From positions 95,133,692 to 95,197,691 of the forward strand of contig JASCQW010000190.1 of the NCBI GenBank assembly GCA_030264375.1: DNA of 64,000 nucleotides, given 5' to 3'. This document shows positions 39,010 through 51,560 of the stretch, in pieces. Numbering within the stretch: the stretch's first letter is position 1; every line of letters begins with the position of its first letter. The position numbers and the translations under genes are program-made. The DNA comes from Carcharhinus longimanus. Lineage: Eukaryota. The notes beneath the pieces were generated by a model, which did no database searches, was not told the origin of the DNA, and saw only the letters and a list, made by a program, of their open reading frames with translations.

Positions 39010-42000
39010 TAAATGGTGGGGAGTGAGCGGAAGGCGATAGAAGCCTTTTAACTGAATGCAGTTTGTGGCTGCTTTAGCTGCAGGGGAAACTTGGACGAAA
39101 TTACTTGCAAGTTCCAAGACAACAGATGTTCATTGAGACTCAAAGCTGCAGTTAACCCTTTCTTGTTCAACTATGTGGGACAGAACATCGGACATTCAAC
39201 AATTGCAGTATCCTGTTGTATTTGCTTTTCTTGTTAACCTCATTATGTTGTAAATATATTTTAACTCATGTTAGTTGCTGCTTTGAAATACAACCTGTAA
39301 TGGAATTGCAGTTGATTTTGTGGTTGGCCAAAGAGCCTGCCAATTATATATGCTAGGACATGAGTAGCATTTTGCTTTCTGTCCTTAGACACAGAGTTAA
39401 TAACTTGGTCCAACTGCAGAGAAATTGCAAAAGTGAATATAAAATTTTATACCAAAATAATCCATGTATTGCTCCAGTGCACTGATTTTCAAGGAAGGAT
39501 CTGAATATGTTTTGTCTTTATCTGGCAATTTTCTTGACTAAGAGGGTGGGGGGGAGACATGACTCAGTAAAGATCATGGTCTCATTCGAAGTGGGTAGAA
39601 GGAAACAGGAAGTTGAATTTGCCTTCCTCTGGAGCTATTCACGGAGCCTCGTTTAAACTTTGATTACCAAACGCTCGATGAAACCGGCTGTTTTTGTAGG
39701 AATGGTGCATATCATAGAGAAAAGAGGTGGTGCATTTAAATTAGAGCATTTTCAGACAAAATGTTAAGTGAACCATCCACTATGACAACTTTTTAAGTTG
39801 ATCTTTAATTTCTCACTTTGTTTTCTTTGGTTCTGAGAGGATTTTCTGTAGAATCACATTTCAATCCAAGCATGTATGAATTTTGTATTGTTGTTTACAT
39901 CCTTTTCCCCTGGGGCCCCTAAGGCAGTCACTCTGTGGTGGGGTAGAACTTAGCCCTCCTGCTGACCTAAACAAGCCAATAGTTTGCAGATGCATGGGGT
40001 GGCAATGCCAAAAGTAAATATCTCTCAATTTTGTGGTGATTTATATTTCTAATTCTGAAAAATATCAGTGAAAATAAATTTTTGGTGTGTGAGATTAAAA
40101 AACCAATTTGGAGCAATAGCTGCAAGCTCCATTTTTTTGTTTTTTGAAGCATTCACAATGAGGAGGACAGCTGCCACCAATTACAAACAGTAATTTTAGT
40201 TGATAGGCTTACTGGTCAAAATGAATGCCTTTAACTTTATAACATGGATGCCCAATGTGCAGCCATGTGTAACTCTTGAATTTAAGCAGTTTGTCTCATT
40301 TCGGTTTATTACATTTGAAGTTAACATGGGTGAAGATTTGGAATAATATTTTTAGTGCTTCAATAAACTAGAACTGTGAGACTTATTATTAACTTGATAT
40401 GAAAATTAATGGAAAAATGGATATAAACTTAACGTTATTGGCAAGAAATTGGAAATTCCTGTCCAAAGGTCAAATGCCAGTTACACTGAGATATCATTCT
40501 AATTGTTTCTTCATAAATATCAATATTGGTAGTCTTAAGGGTTTAGTTATTAAAAGTTATGATTTTTTAAATGTATTTGTTTAAATACTGAATTCTGATG
40601 TGACAAGAGACCTGGGTAAAGAGATTACTGAGCCCAATACCATGAGGGAGCTGAATTAACTCCAAAATTTGTACAGTGGCTAATACCAGCTGCTGATTCT
40701 AGGCCTAACAAAGCAAAGACTTCCGTAAACTCTCCAACACCTGTATCTCATGAAATACAAAAGTATACCTCTGTGTTTACCAAGACAGGCAGTTAGGAAG
40801 ATCAATTTTCTGGATCTTCCTGGCATTGTGTGGGTCTTGGATAAATCCAGTAAGTTGACTTTTCTATTTATAAATGGCAGAATGTGATGTGGAAACTAAA
40901 AGCTGCTACCTCTACCATGGGCCTAGAATGCCACATAAAAATGGTCAAAAAAACTGAGCACTGGCTGGCAAGTATTGCTGAGCCCAGCAAAACTAGAGAA
41001 GTGAATTAATAGATGTGCCATTTTAAGTGTTGGTGATGTAGAACCTAATAATGTTTTAAACACAGTTAAAATAACGATTGCTAGTTATTGTCTCTGCTTC
41101 TGTTGATGTAAATTCAACTCCCTCACACATCAAGCACAGTAACCTTTAACTTCATATCAAGTCATCTAATCAGTTTCCACTAATTATGTCATTGCCCCCA
41201 GTTTGAACAAGAAAAATTGAAATATAGTAGTTACAAAGAGGCTTTGCTGTTTTGTTGGAGTATGGATAAACTCCACTTCTAGTAATATAAAACACACCAC
41301 ATAGAGAGAGAGAGATACTAGGCAAATACTGAACAAGTGAGATTTTTTTCTTGGGCTTGCATTTAATAAGTGCCTTGTCAGTTTTAAATACCTGTGCTCT
41401 ACTCAATGAACTACTTTTGTAGTGCAGTCACTGTTGATTTAGGCCAGCCTAGCAACGACCCACAAACAGCCGTAAGATGATTCCGTGATTTTTTTCAGTG
41501 GTATTGATTGTGGGTGGACTGTTGATTAAAGCACGATCAAAAAAAGATCTGCAAAGAATTAAAACCAACAGAGCAAGAATTAAGTTGAGCACAGAAAAAA
41601 GTAAGAGTGGATAACAGTAAAGAGGATACACAATAATTGAGCAAATAAATCACGTGAGAAATTTGAATGCTAAAACTAATTAAAAGGCAGCAGAGTGACA
41701 AAATAATGAAAAGGTTGAAATTAGTGAAAATATAGAGAAAGAGATGCAGTCCGTTTTCTCATCCTTGTCACCGTAATTTTGCCCCAAGTATCATTACATC
41801 GATGTTAAATTTGTAGGAGAATTAATTGAGCTGGAATTGGCAGTGTCAATATCTGGACCTACTCTTCCTAAGTATTCATAATCTGTCTCTGTTGAGATGT
41901 CTGCCGTGCCACATCCTTTATACACTCAGTAAAACATTCCTGCAAAATGTATTTGTTTATTATAATGCAGAACAATGTCTTGAGGGAATTGTCACAGTTC

Positions 42001-42285
42001 ATCTATGGAGGTTAATTTTTTAAAAAAAGGATGCCTCAGTCTTAGCCAATCCATTCATTCACCAGCAGCTCTTGTAATTGCTTGTTTTTAACACATTTTT
42101 TGAAACTAAGTCCTATTTGTGTGTTTCAAACACAAGTTTTTAACTGTACCTCAACCTTATGAAATAATTTTGTGGCATTTTTACTGAGAGCCAAGCTCTA
42201 AAAGTGTTTTGTACATTGTTCCTGTTACTGTTTCTTATTTTTGCAGTTCTTGTGATGGTCAGAAACTATATACAATGTGGTTATT

Positions 42286-42291
42286 AATAAA
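42286..42291 (+). terminator. Candidate distal HDAC8 polyadenylation signal
   Basis: AATAAA preceded by U-rich/TGTA-containing UTR-like sequence and followed by a U-rich tract. Other AATAAA hexamers occur at 39008, 40073 and 40362. Confidence 0.45.
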
Positions 42292-43163
42292 TGTAATTAA
42301 AAATGACGCCTCCTGCCTTTGTTTTCAGATAGTGCTCCTTTAACAGTGTTTATCGAGGCTAGCCTAATACAGTCATGACTGGGGCTTAGTTTTGATATTT
42401 TTCTTTACCCTCTTGGATTTCCATTAGAAACATTCAAAGGAAGTATTCACTGGAAAGAAACAGCACGGATTAATCCTTCTGAATACCGAATCTCTTTTGG
42501 AACTTGCACATTTGTTAACTACCAAAGATTATACTGGTTCTTCACAGCGATGTGTAATATGAAGAAAGCAACTCTTGCACGTAGCACTAAATGGATAGTA
42601 CTATGGAAAGTCATGCAAGATGCACAGGGCTTCATTTTACAGGCCGAGATTAAAACTACCTTATCTGCTTAAGGGTATAATTCCTTTTTTTACTTTTGCG
42701 GATACAAATCTAAGAAAACACTCAGCAAGGATAATGAGGCAACACCTCTTGAAAAGAATTTCTTAACTTCATGTTAGTCATATGTTCTGCTACTATTCCT
42801 GTGCGCGCTATCTCCTATCTATTGGCAATTATTCCTTTCTTGCCATTGCTTCCTCTCCCTGCATGTCTACAACTTCATGGAATTACATTTTTCATTTCAG
42901 TCTTTGATTTTGTGAGAAATGAGGTGCCTTGTCTCCTTACTGGGTTATAATTTTCATGGGTTCCAGTTACTCTCTGTGTCACCCAAATCATCATTATTCA
43001 TCCTGTGACAATAAGAGGCCATTAGATCATGGGAGCATCACAGTCAATCCAGATCCTATTCAATGTACATCCGTGTAAATTTCCAGCAAGTATAACTCAG
43101 CTAGTGACCAGTGCAAGAACCTTGCATGATTTCCCCCGCCTTTATCATGGCATTGACGTAATA

Positions 43164-43228
43164 ACAGTAAAAAGTCTGACAACACCAGGTTTTAGTCCTA
43201 AACCTGGTGTTGTCAGACTTTTTACTGT
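43164..43228. repeat. Perfect 29-bp inverted repeat with 7-nt loop
   Basis: acagtaaaaagtctgacaacaccaggttt / aaacctggtgttgtcagactttttactgt; related to the termini of the 57.1-kb foldback. Confidence 0.9.
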
Positions 43229-43627
43229 GTTTACGCCAGTCCANNNNNNNNNNNNNNNNNNNNNNNNNNNNNNNTTACAAAGTACGTGTGCATGATTTGA
43301 CAAATTATTCTCTACTGATTTTTAGTGAAGTTTTGGCTTTTCTGTGAAATTATGTCTGAATTGCCACCTCAACTGCAAATTTGCACCACAATTAGGTAGC
43401 CTTGTAGTCACCAAATCATACTTTACAATCTTCCAGGCGTCACCATCCCTGGGTATGTCCTGACCCACCAGAGGTGGAGGCAAAATGGGTCTTGGTAGCC
43501 CCTAACATTGACTGTGCAGTCTATAGTCTTATGGCATCATGTCAAATATGGACAAAGAAAACTCCTGTTGATCAGCACCTGCTGCTACCCCCACCTACCT
43601 GTTTTGATGAATTAATATTCCTCCATG

Positions 43628-43940
43628 TGTGGCACGTTAGCACAATGGTTAGCATTGCTGCTTCACAGCTCTAGAGACCTGGGTTTGATTCCTGGCTTAG
43701 GTCACTGTCTGTGTGGAGTTTGCACGTTCTCCTTGTGTCTCCTCCCACAGTCCAAAGATGTGTGGGTTAGATTGATTGGCTATGCTAAAATTGCTCCTTT
43801 GTGTCCTGAGATGCGTAGTTTAGAGGGATTAGTGGGTAAATATGTAGGGATATGGGAGTAGGGCCTGAGTGGGATTGTGTTTGGTGCAGACTCGATGGGC
43901 CAAATGGCCTCTTTTTGCACTGTAGGGTTTCTATGATTCT
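43628..43940 (+). mobile_element. tRNA-derived SINE, HE1-like
   Basis: Head and core plus tail gactcgatgggccaaatggcctc...ctatgattcta. Confidence 0.88.
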
Positions 43941-45029
43941 ACCTCAAATATCCAATATTCTGGTTTAAAAAAAAGCTAACTCAAAAGACCAGAGATCTGA
44001 TGGTGAGCTTTTCTGATCTGTTCAATTAAGCTGCTGGTGAGGTGATAATACCTGATTTATGCTTGGGCTAACATCATTGGACTTATAGTAGAAATGCTAC
44101 AATTAGCTGTGGCACTGTCTGGCTCAAGTGGAAAAAAAAATTTCATGATTTTAGTCCAGTGACTTCATGTTTTCAGCATGCAGGCATCTCATGAATTTAG
44201 GAATTGGTCTTGATTGTAATTCATGATGGTTGAACAGCCTGAATGCACTCTCTTTGGAGACTTCCACAAGTGCTGGAACTTGGTGCGGTAGCAAAAGGCA
44301 GGCAACATCCATCTGCTTTCCTGGCTAGAGTCTGGTCACAAACAACTGCTGTTAATGCCACTGGATCCCAACTGATGGGTTTTACAAAATTGATAGCAAT
44401 ACCAAAATTTGCTGAGACCAGGCTGCAGGAAGTCTCTATGACACAGAAGGGCTTTCTGAACCACAGAACTTATTATCTAGTCCTTAGTTTCTATCACCCA
44501 GAGAGAGGAAATAATTGAGGCCAAAACATTGAATGTTTTCAAGAAGCAAGTAGATCTAGCACTTGAGGCGAAGGGGATCAAAGGATATGGTGGGGGGAAT
44601 GTGGAATCGGGCTATTGAGTTGAATGATCAGCTATGATGGTAATGAATAGTAGAGCAGGCTAGAAGGTCTCAATGGCCTCCTCCTGCTCCTATTTTCAAT
44701 GTTTCTGGATAAAAATAGATAGGAACCATGCAAAACAGAAAAGATTTGAAAAGCTATGTAAAAATGTTTGTGTTGAATATGAACTACTCAATTGCAAACA
44801 TTCCCATACCATGCATTTCCGCAGGTAGGGTTCTCATTTCAAGCATCAGTATAATTCATAAAACAACTAAGGGTTGGATAGCAATAGTTAGCTGCTTGTA
44901 TGCCCTTGTGTGGATGAGTGCATCGCCTCCTCTCAATCCATTCCTTAACTAATACTATGCTTTCAATTAAAGGTTTACATAGAAAATTATGGGAAATTAC
45001 ATACATCCATTGTAGTGTTGAACAGTGCA

Positions 45030-45322
45030 TCACTGTCTGTGTGGAGTCTGCACATTCTCCCCGTGTCCGTGTGAGTTTCCTCCCACACTCCAAAGATGTG
45101 TGAGGTAGGTGGATTAACCATGCTAAATTGTCCCTTTGCGCACAAAGATGTGTAGATTAGTTGGATTGGCCATGCTAAATTGACTCTAATGTCAGGTGGA
45201 TTGGCGGGGTAAATGTGTGGAGTTACAGGAATAGGGAATAGGACCTGGGTGGGATTGTGTTCAGTACAGACCTGAAGGGCTGAATGGCCTCCTTTTGTAT
45301 TGTAGGGATTCTATGGATTCTA
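45030..45322 (+). mobile_element. 5'-truncated HE1-like SINE
   Basis: cactgtctgtgtggagtctgcac core with internal duplicated unit and CR1-like tail. Confidence 0.82.
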
Positions 45323-46077
45323 ATACATGTATCATCGTTTGAAAATATTAGCCATTGGTGCTATAATGTGAGGGTTTATTGGTACTGATTTTTTTTTACA
45401 CTAAGGAGCCATCACACATGTAAGGTATGATTCATTGTAAAAGGTTAAACTATATAGTGGATCTTATATCCATTTTCTACTCTTTTTGTCCCTTTTAGAC
45501 GCAAAAGTAATTGTCTGGGACCTTACTGCCATGATCAACTTTTATGTGTGAGCCTCAGAAATGATAGTTTTTAAGCTATTTCACTGAGTGGTGAGGGAGT
45601 ATTTGTACACTGATAATTAGCCCTCATTAAACATTCACACTTTGCAGCAGAACTTCCAGCATTTCAATTGGAAAGATATGGCTGAAGGGTAACCTAATAG
45701 AGGTCTTTAAAATTATGAAATGCATTTTCACTTGTAGGAAATAACAAGAATAAAGGCCTTTAATATAAGATAATCATCAAGAAATCAATTAGGGAATTCA
45801 AGGAAACCTCTTTACACAGGGAATACTGAGAATATGGAACTCAGAGTGGAATTGAATCAAATAGTATAGGTGTGTTTGTGGGGGGAGCTAAATAAGCATA
45901 TGGGAGGAGAAGGCAATAGCAATTTATGCTGATGGGATTAGATGAGGAAGGTTGGGATGAAGCTCAATTTGAGAACAAGTGCTGTCATGTTGACGGGCTG
46001 AGCCAAATGGTCTGTTTCCGTGCATTCTCTGTAATTGCAGTTAAAACACTGGCTACTTATTTTATCACGTTATCTCC

Positions 46078-46422
46078 AGGGCAGCACAGTGGCACAGTGT
46101 TAGCACTGCTGCTTCACAGCTCCAAGGACTTGTGTTTGATTCCCTACTCAGGTCACTGTCCATGTTGAGTTTGCACGTTTTCCCCATTATCTACATGGGT
46201 TCCCTTCAAGTGCTGCAGTTTCCTCNNNNNNNNNNNNNNNNNNNNNNNNNNNNNNNNNNNNNNNNNNNNNNNNNNNNNNNNNNNNNNNNNNNNNNNNNNN
46301 NNNNNNNNNNNNNNNNNNNNNNNNNNNNNNNNNNNNNNNNNNNNNNNNNNNNNNNNNATTGTTGGTGCAGACTCAATGGGCTGAATGGCCTCCTTCTGCA
46401 CTGTAGGTTTCTATGGTTTCTA
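46078..46422 (+). mobile_element. HE1-like SINE spanning a gap
   Basis: gggcagcacagtggcacagtgttagcactgctgc head; tail after the N-run. Confidence 0.82.
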
Positions 46423-47269
46423 ATCTTGGAACCTAAAGCTAATTCTGGGAGTCCAAAATTGCTTTAATTGAGAGTGGCAAAGTCAAACAAATTGAACTTG
46501 CATAGTTCATAACCAACCATGTAGTGATTTTACTAACTAGGTAACTGTACTGTTGCTTTTTGCCACCATGCTCATTCATAGTTAGCACTTAATGACTAAA
46601 ATGAACATTTTATTCATTGTTTTTGAATGGAAGAGAAAATCTCATTTTGCAAAAATTGATAAAGTGCAAAGAAGTGGGATTGTCAGACTTTCATCAGCCT
46701 AAAGAATGTAATCAAACAACAATATTCCATGTAGGAGTTACTTTGAGAAAGGATCTGAAGGAACTTCCCTTTGTTAAAGAAAAGGAGGCTGTGTTGTGAA
46801 TAATTATCTCCACTGCTGAAGTATTGAAATGAGACTAGTTCTGTCAGCAGCTGTCACCTCAGCTGTCTCCTGCTTTACTGAGTTAATTCCATGCCCAGCA
46901 TCTCCTGCCAGGTGGATGAATTATGTATTAAGATTTAAATTGTGCTGATCTACTACTTGAAGAGAGCACAAACAATATTGCTATTATGTAGACAATTTGC
47001 TGACCTGTCAAAGATGGGTTAGAGGAACCCTTAAAATTCAATTAATTTTTTTTTGCATTGCTTGCATGTATTAATATTTTGCTGTGAAACTGAATCATTA
47101 TTCTTGCCCCTTTGAAGGTGGTAATTTTTCATCAAAATGTCCATTCTGCACATAGAAGTTTAAACTTGAATGTCATTAGGCTATTTAATCATGGGAGACA
47201 TTTGAGCTGAGCTACATTTTGCACAACTAGCAGCTTCCAACGCAATGGAATACAGTTATAATTGTTGGA

Positions 47270-48225
47270 GGCTAATCATCTCACGCCAAACCATAACTGA
47301 AAAGTTCATCATGGCTATGTTCTAGGCCCAGCCATCTTCAGCTATTTCATCAATTATAGGGCCAGAAGTGGGGATGTTAACTAATGATTATATAACGTTT
47401 GGTATTACTTGCAACTCATCAGATACTGAAGCATTGCAAGCGCAAGTGCAGCAAGACCTGGATAATGTTTAGACTTGAGTTGATAAGAGGCAAATAATGT
47501 AACAAATGCCAGGTAATAGCAATCTCCAATAAAAGCTGATTTAAACGTCAAGGTCTCCTTGATGTTTAAGGGCATTACCACTCCTAAAACCCCACCATCA
47601 ACACCCTGCAGGTTACCATTAATCAGAAATCTAACTGGACTGATTCAGTTATATAAATACTGTGGTTACTAGAGCAGGTCAAGGGTTGGGAATTCTTCAG
47701 CAAGTAACACACCTCCTAACTCCCTCAAGTATGTAGAGCATCTATAAAGATCAGGTTAGGATTGTGGTGGAATACTGTCTGCTTTCTTTCGTATGCAGCT
47801 TCAACAGCATTCATGAAGCTGCAATATCGAGCACAAAGCAGCCCATTTGATCCGCACCACATCTATCACCTTATGTATTCAGTCCCTTGTCCACTGATTC
47901 GCAGTAGCATCAGTGTGCACAATTTGCAAGATACACAATAGCAACTTGATGAGTATCTTTTGGTAGTACCTTCAAAACCCTTGATCTCTACCACTTAGAA
48001 GGACAAGGACAGCAAACTCATTGGGTGGCCACCACTTGCAAGTTCCTCTCAAAGCCACACACCATCTTGACTTGGAACTTTATCTCCGTTTCTCCACCAT
48101 TGCTGGATCAAAATTCTGAAATTAGATGGACTGCTGTGGCTCAAGACGATGGGCTCACTACCAACTTCTCAAGAGCAATTAGAGATGGGTAACAAAAGCT
48201 AGCCTTGCAAGAGACACAGGAATGA
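47270..48225 (+). mobile_element. Degenerate CR1-group LINE (second family) RT and 3' end
   Basis: GYVLGPAIFSYFIN...EVGMLTND (FADD-like) and QQDLDNV; tail ccaacttctcaagagcaattagagatggg, with antisense relatives at ~18030-18230 and ~31150-31470. Confidence 0.7.
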
Positions 48226-49149
48226 ATCTAACAAAACATTTCTCACATATATGGTGCTAAATATTGCTGGAATCAATTATTTGAAATTAAGCTACCTCCA
48301 AATGACTATAGCACTGGGGCATTAACTGGAGCACTTCTCACAAAATACAAAGGTCATAATTAATGATCTAAAATACAATTTATGTTTTTCCCCACAAATT
48401 GTCTCTTGTTTCTGTCGTTCAACATTGCAACGAAGTTGCTGAGAAAATCTTGTTGCCACACTCCGGCTCCTGTTTGAGTACACCGAGGGAAAATTTATCT
48501 TGGCCAGTGCGCCCACCCAATATATTTTTCGGACTGTGGGAGGAAACCAGAGCACTTGGAGGAAACCCACACAGACATGGGGCGAACATGCACGAAACTT
48601 TGACAAAGGGTCATCTGGACTTGAAAGGTCAGCTCTTTTCTCTCCATACAGATATGGCCAGATCTGCTGAGATTTTCCAGCATTTCCTCTTTTGGTTTTG
48701 CATTTGCTAGATTAATTGTAGTTTCAGTCATATTGTAAAGGCCATTGATACTCAATATAGATCATTTGTAGTCTCTTGCACTTGCTTTGTGGACAACTGG
48801 TCTCAATAGCTTTCCTTTGTAACACTGTAAGACTGGCATCATAGAGTATAGGAATCTATTATCTCTGTGTTTTGGAGTAAACTCTGACAATAGCAGGTAT
48901 GAAGTTCCACAGAGGAGTGCTGTTTAGGCATATCTATTCAAGGGGAGATCTCCACCCATTTTAATTCAATTTGGAACTTTCCAGAAGCTAGTTAGTCTAT
49001 TGAAGTTGCAAAGGATTGCCAAACACTCTTGACCATCTTAATAGTTTACCAGGGTCCATTTTATAAGAATTAGATTTTTATAAGTTGCAATATCTTTATG
49101 CCTGTACTGGCATGGCACTGACATCTCCATTTTAGAAATAACTATTTTA

Positions 49150-51560
49150 AAAAGTGGAGGAGCAGGAGGACAGTTTGCCTCCCTGAATCTGTTGCACCAG
49201 TTGACGAGACCATGGCTGATCTGTGACTTAAGTTGATATACCCTGCTTTACCCAATATCCCTTAATATTTTCAGTTAACAAAAATCTATCAAGATCAGAT
49301 TTTAAATTAATAATTGATCTAGCAATAATTGCTATTATTGGAAGAAAATTCCAAAATTCTAGACTAAGTTTCAATATCACAAGTAGGCTTACATTAACAC
49401 GGCAATGAAGTTACTGTGAAAAATCCCCTAGTCTCCACACTCCAGCACCTGTTTGGGTACACTGAGGGAGAATTTAGCTTGGCCAATGCACCTAACCAGC
49501 AAATCTTTCGGACAGTGGGAGGAAACCAGAGCACCCACACAGACACAGGGAGAACATTGCATTAAGTTGATCTTTCTCAACATCCTGGCTATAACAATAC
49601 ATTCTGTAATCTCTTGTTCGCTTCTCTATGAATGTGTATAACGCACAAGAAACAATATTTTTGTTAATACATGTGACAATAATAAATCAAATCAGACTCC
49701 ACACAAACAGTGACCCAAGCTAGGAATCAAACCCAGGACCCTGGTGCTGTGAAGCAGCAGTGCTATCCATTGTGTCACCAGTAGCTCTCAGTCTTAGATT
49801 CCCAGTCAGTAGAAATAGTTTACCTCTTTCCATCATATTTGTTCTCCCTGATATCGCAAAGGCTTCAATCAGATCACTCATGAACTGTCTAAATTCCAGC
49901 TAATACAACCTTAATTTGTGTGATCTGTCCTTGTAACTTAACCCTTGGATGTTGATTCTAGTAAATAAATGCTTCATTCCTTCCTAGCCACTATTTCCTT
50001 ACTAAGAGTCCAGGAATGCAAAACCAAGGTTGTATGTAACTGAAACAAAATTTCCATTCCCTTAGACTCTCATCCTTATACAAAGGCCAGCATTCTATTA
50101 GTCTTTTTACGTTATCTTTTAGTACCTGATCATGATATTTTAATGATCTTGGATTTGCACCTCTAAGATTTTTTGGGCCTCCACTGATGCATCAGTTCTT
50201 TTGGGTTCAAAGTGGATGACCTTGCATTTGCTGCCATCAAAATCCATTGGCCACAGTTGTGCCCATTTAAACAATATGTGGATATATCTGCAATATAATG
50301 CCTAGATCCACATTGCTTACAATGCTGTCTATCTTCATATCAGCAATTTTATATATGTGGCTTTCCAACCTATTTTCAAATAATTGTAAACAAATTTGGT
50401 GAACATTTGGGCCCCAAACAGGATTACTGTGAGACACTGTTAATTACATCCTGACAATTATAAAACCTGCTCAACTTTAGCGAAGAGTGTCTTATCAAGG
50501 ATTTTATCAATGATTTACATAATTTTATATAAATAGCATCCATTGAAATTCCCCTGTCCACTTCTTCGAAACCCCCTCAAAAATCTCAATCAAGTTTGTC
50601 AGGCATGACATACCCTTTACAAATCCATGCTGCTCTGTCTGAGCAGTTGAAAATGTCCAAGGTTTTTTTTGTACCTTTCAGTAGTTTAATTCTAATCAAT
50701 AAAACCAATTCAAATTATGCCCAATCATGCTTCCCACATGAAGGACAAACCAGATCCAAGCTGACAATACAAGATTTTGTATCTTATCTTGTGCTTTCTC
50801 AAACAAGATCCAAGCTGACAGGATGAGACATTGCACCCCCTCCCGGGCCTGATCTAACACTTCACCTTAGCCAAAAGGGCGAGATGGCTTTGAAAAATTG
50901 CATCAGATAACTGCCTTGGTTTAACCTGATTAGCTACCCTGATCCTTTACTCTACCTTAGCCTGGGCAAATCACCACTGCAGGCATCAGCACACACCAAG
51001 TGCAATGAATATAATTACCTTGTCACCTTGTCAGGTGCCTTGTCACCTGCCTGATCATGGTTTCCCGCTACAAGGTAAGTATTTAGTCACTCTATCATTA
51101 ATTATAAACTTTAGCAATTTCTCTACATTAGATGTTACGCTACTTGATCTATGACGCCCTGTTTTCCCTCTTTCACCTTACTTAAATAGCAGAGCAATGT
51201 GTGTCATTTTCCAATCTAAAGGAAAAAATCAAGAGAAATTTGGTAGTTTATGGTTTGGGCATCTGCAATGTTCTTAGCCATTTCTTTTAAAATTTGCCCT
51301 TGGATTTATCCTTCGTTAGTCCCGTTACTATATAATTAGTTTGCATTTGGCACCCCTGTCCCCGATACAATATTTCTTTCCTGGGATGTCCAGCGTGCTG
51401 ACTTCTTCCTCCACTATAAATGCAAACACAAAGTAATTGTTCAACATATATGCCATTTTCTTGACAATATAACTGTTCTCAGTTTCCAAGGCAGTCACAC
51501 TGATCCTGACCACACTGGTTTCACTAATGTACTTGTAATTATATTTTTGGTACGTCTTCA
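49150..51560 (-). mobile_element. Degenerate CR1 LINE hosting nested SINE and U1/U2 element
   Basis: Antisense QHGFVKGMSCL at ~50600-50635 and LNNYFVFAF in ORF 51328..51603; tail near 49150. Confidence 0.75.
50663..51082 (-). mobile_element. U1/U2 snRNA-derived chimeric retroposon (putative SINE)
   Basis: Minus strand begins ATACTTACCTTGTAGCGGGAAACCATGATCAGGCAGGTG (U1 5' end), then ATTCATTGCACTTGGTGTGTGCTGATGCCTGC (U1 loop II), then TCTCGCCCTTTTGGCTAAGGTGAAGTGT (U2 5' end), a body, and an A8 tail. Inserted into a CR1 fragment. Confidence 0.8.

Noticed and set aside
50963-51082. Functional U1 snRNA gene
   Set aside because: Lacks the Sm site and stem-loop IV, has an internal GACAAGG repeat replacing part of stem II, shows no recognisable PSE, and is embedded in a LINE.
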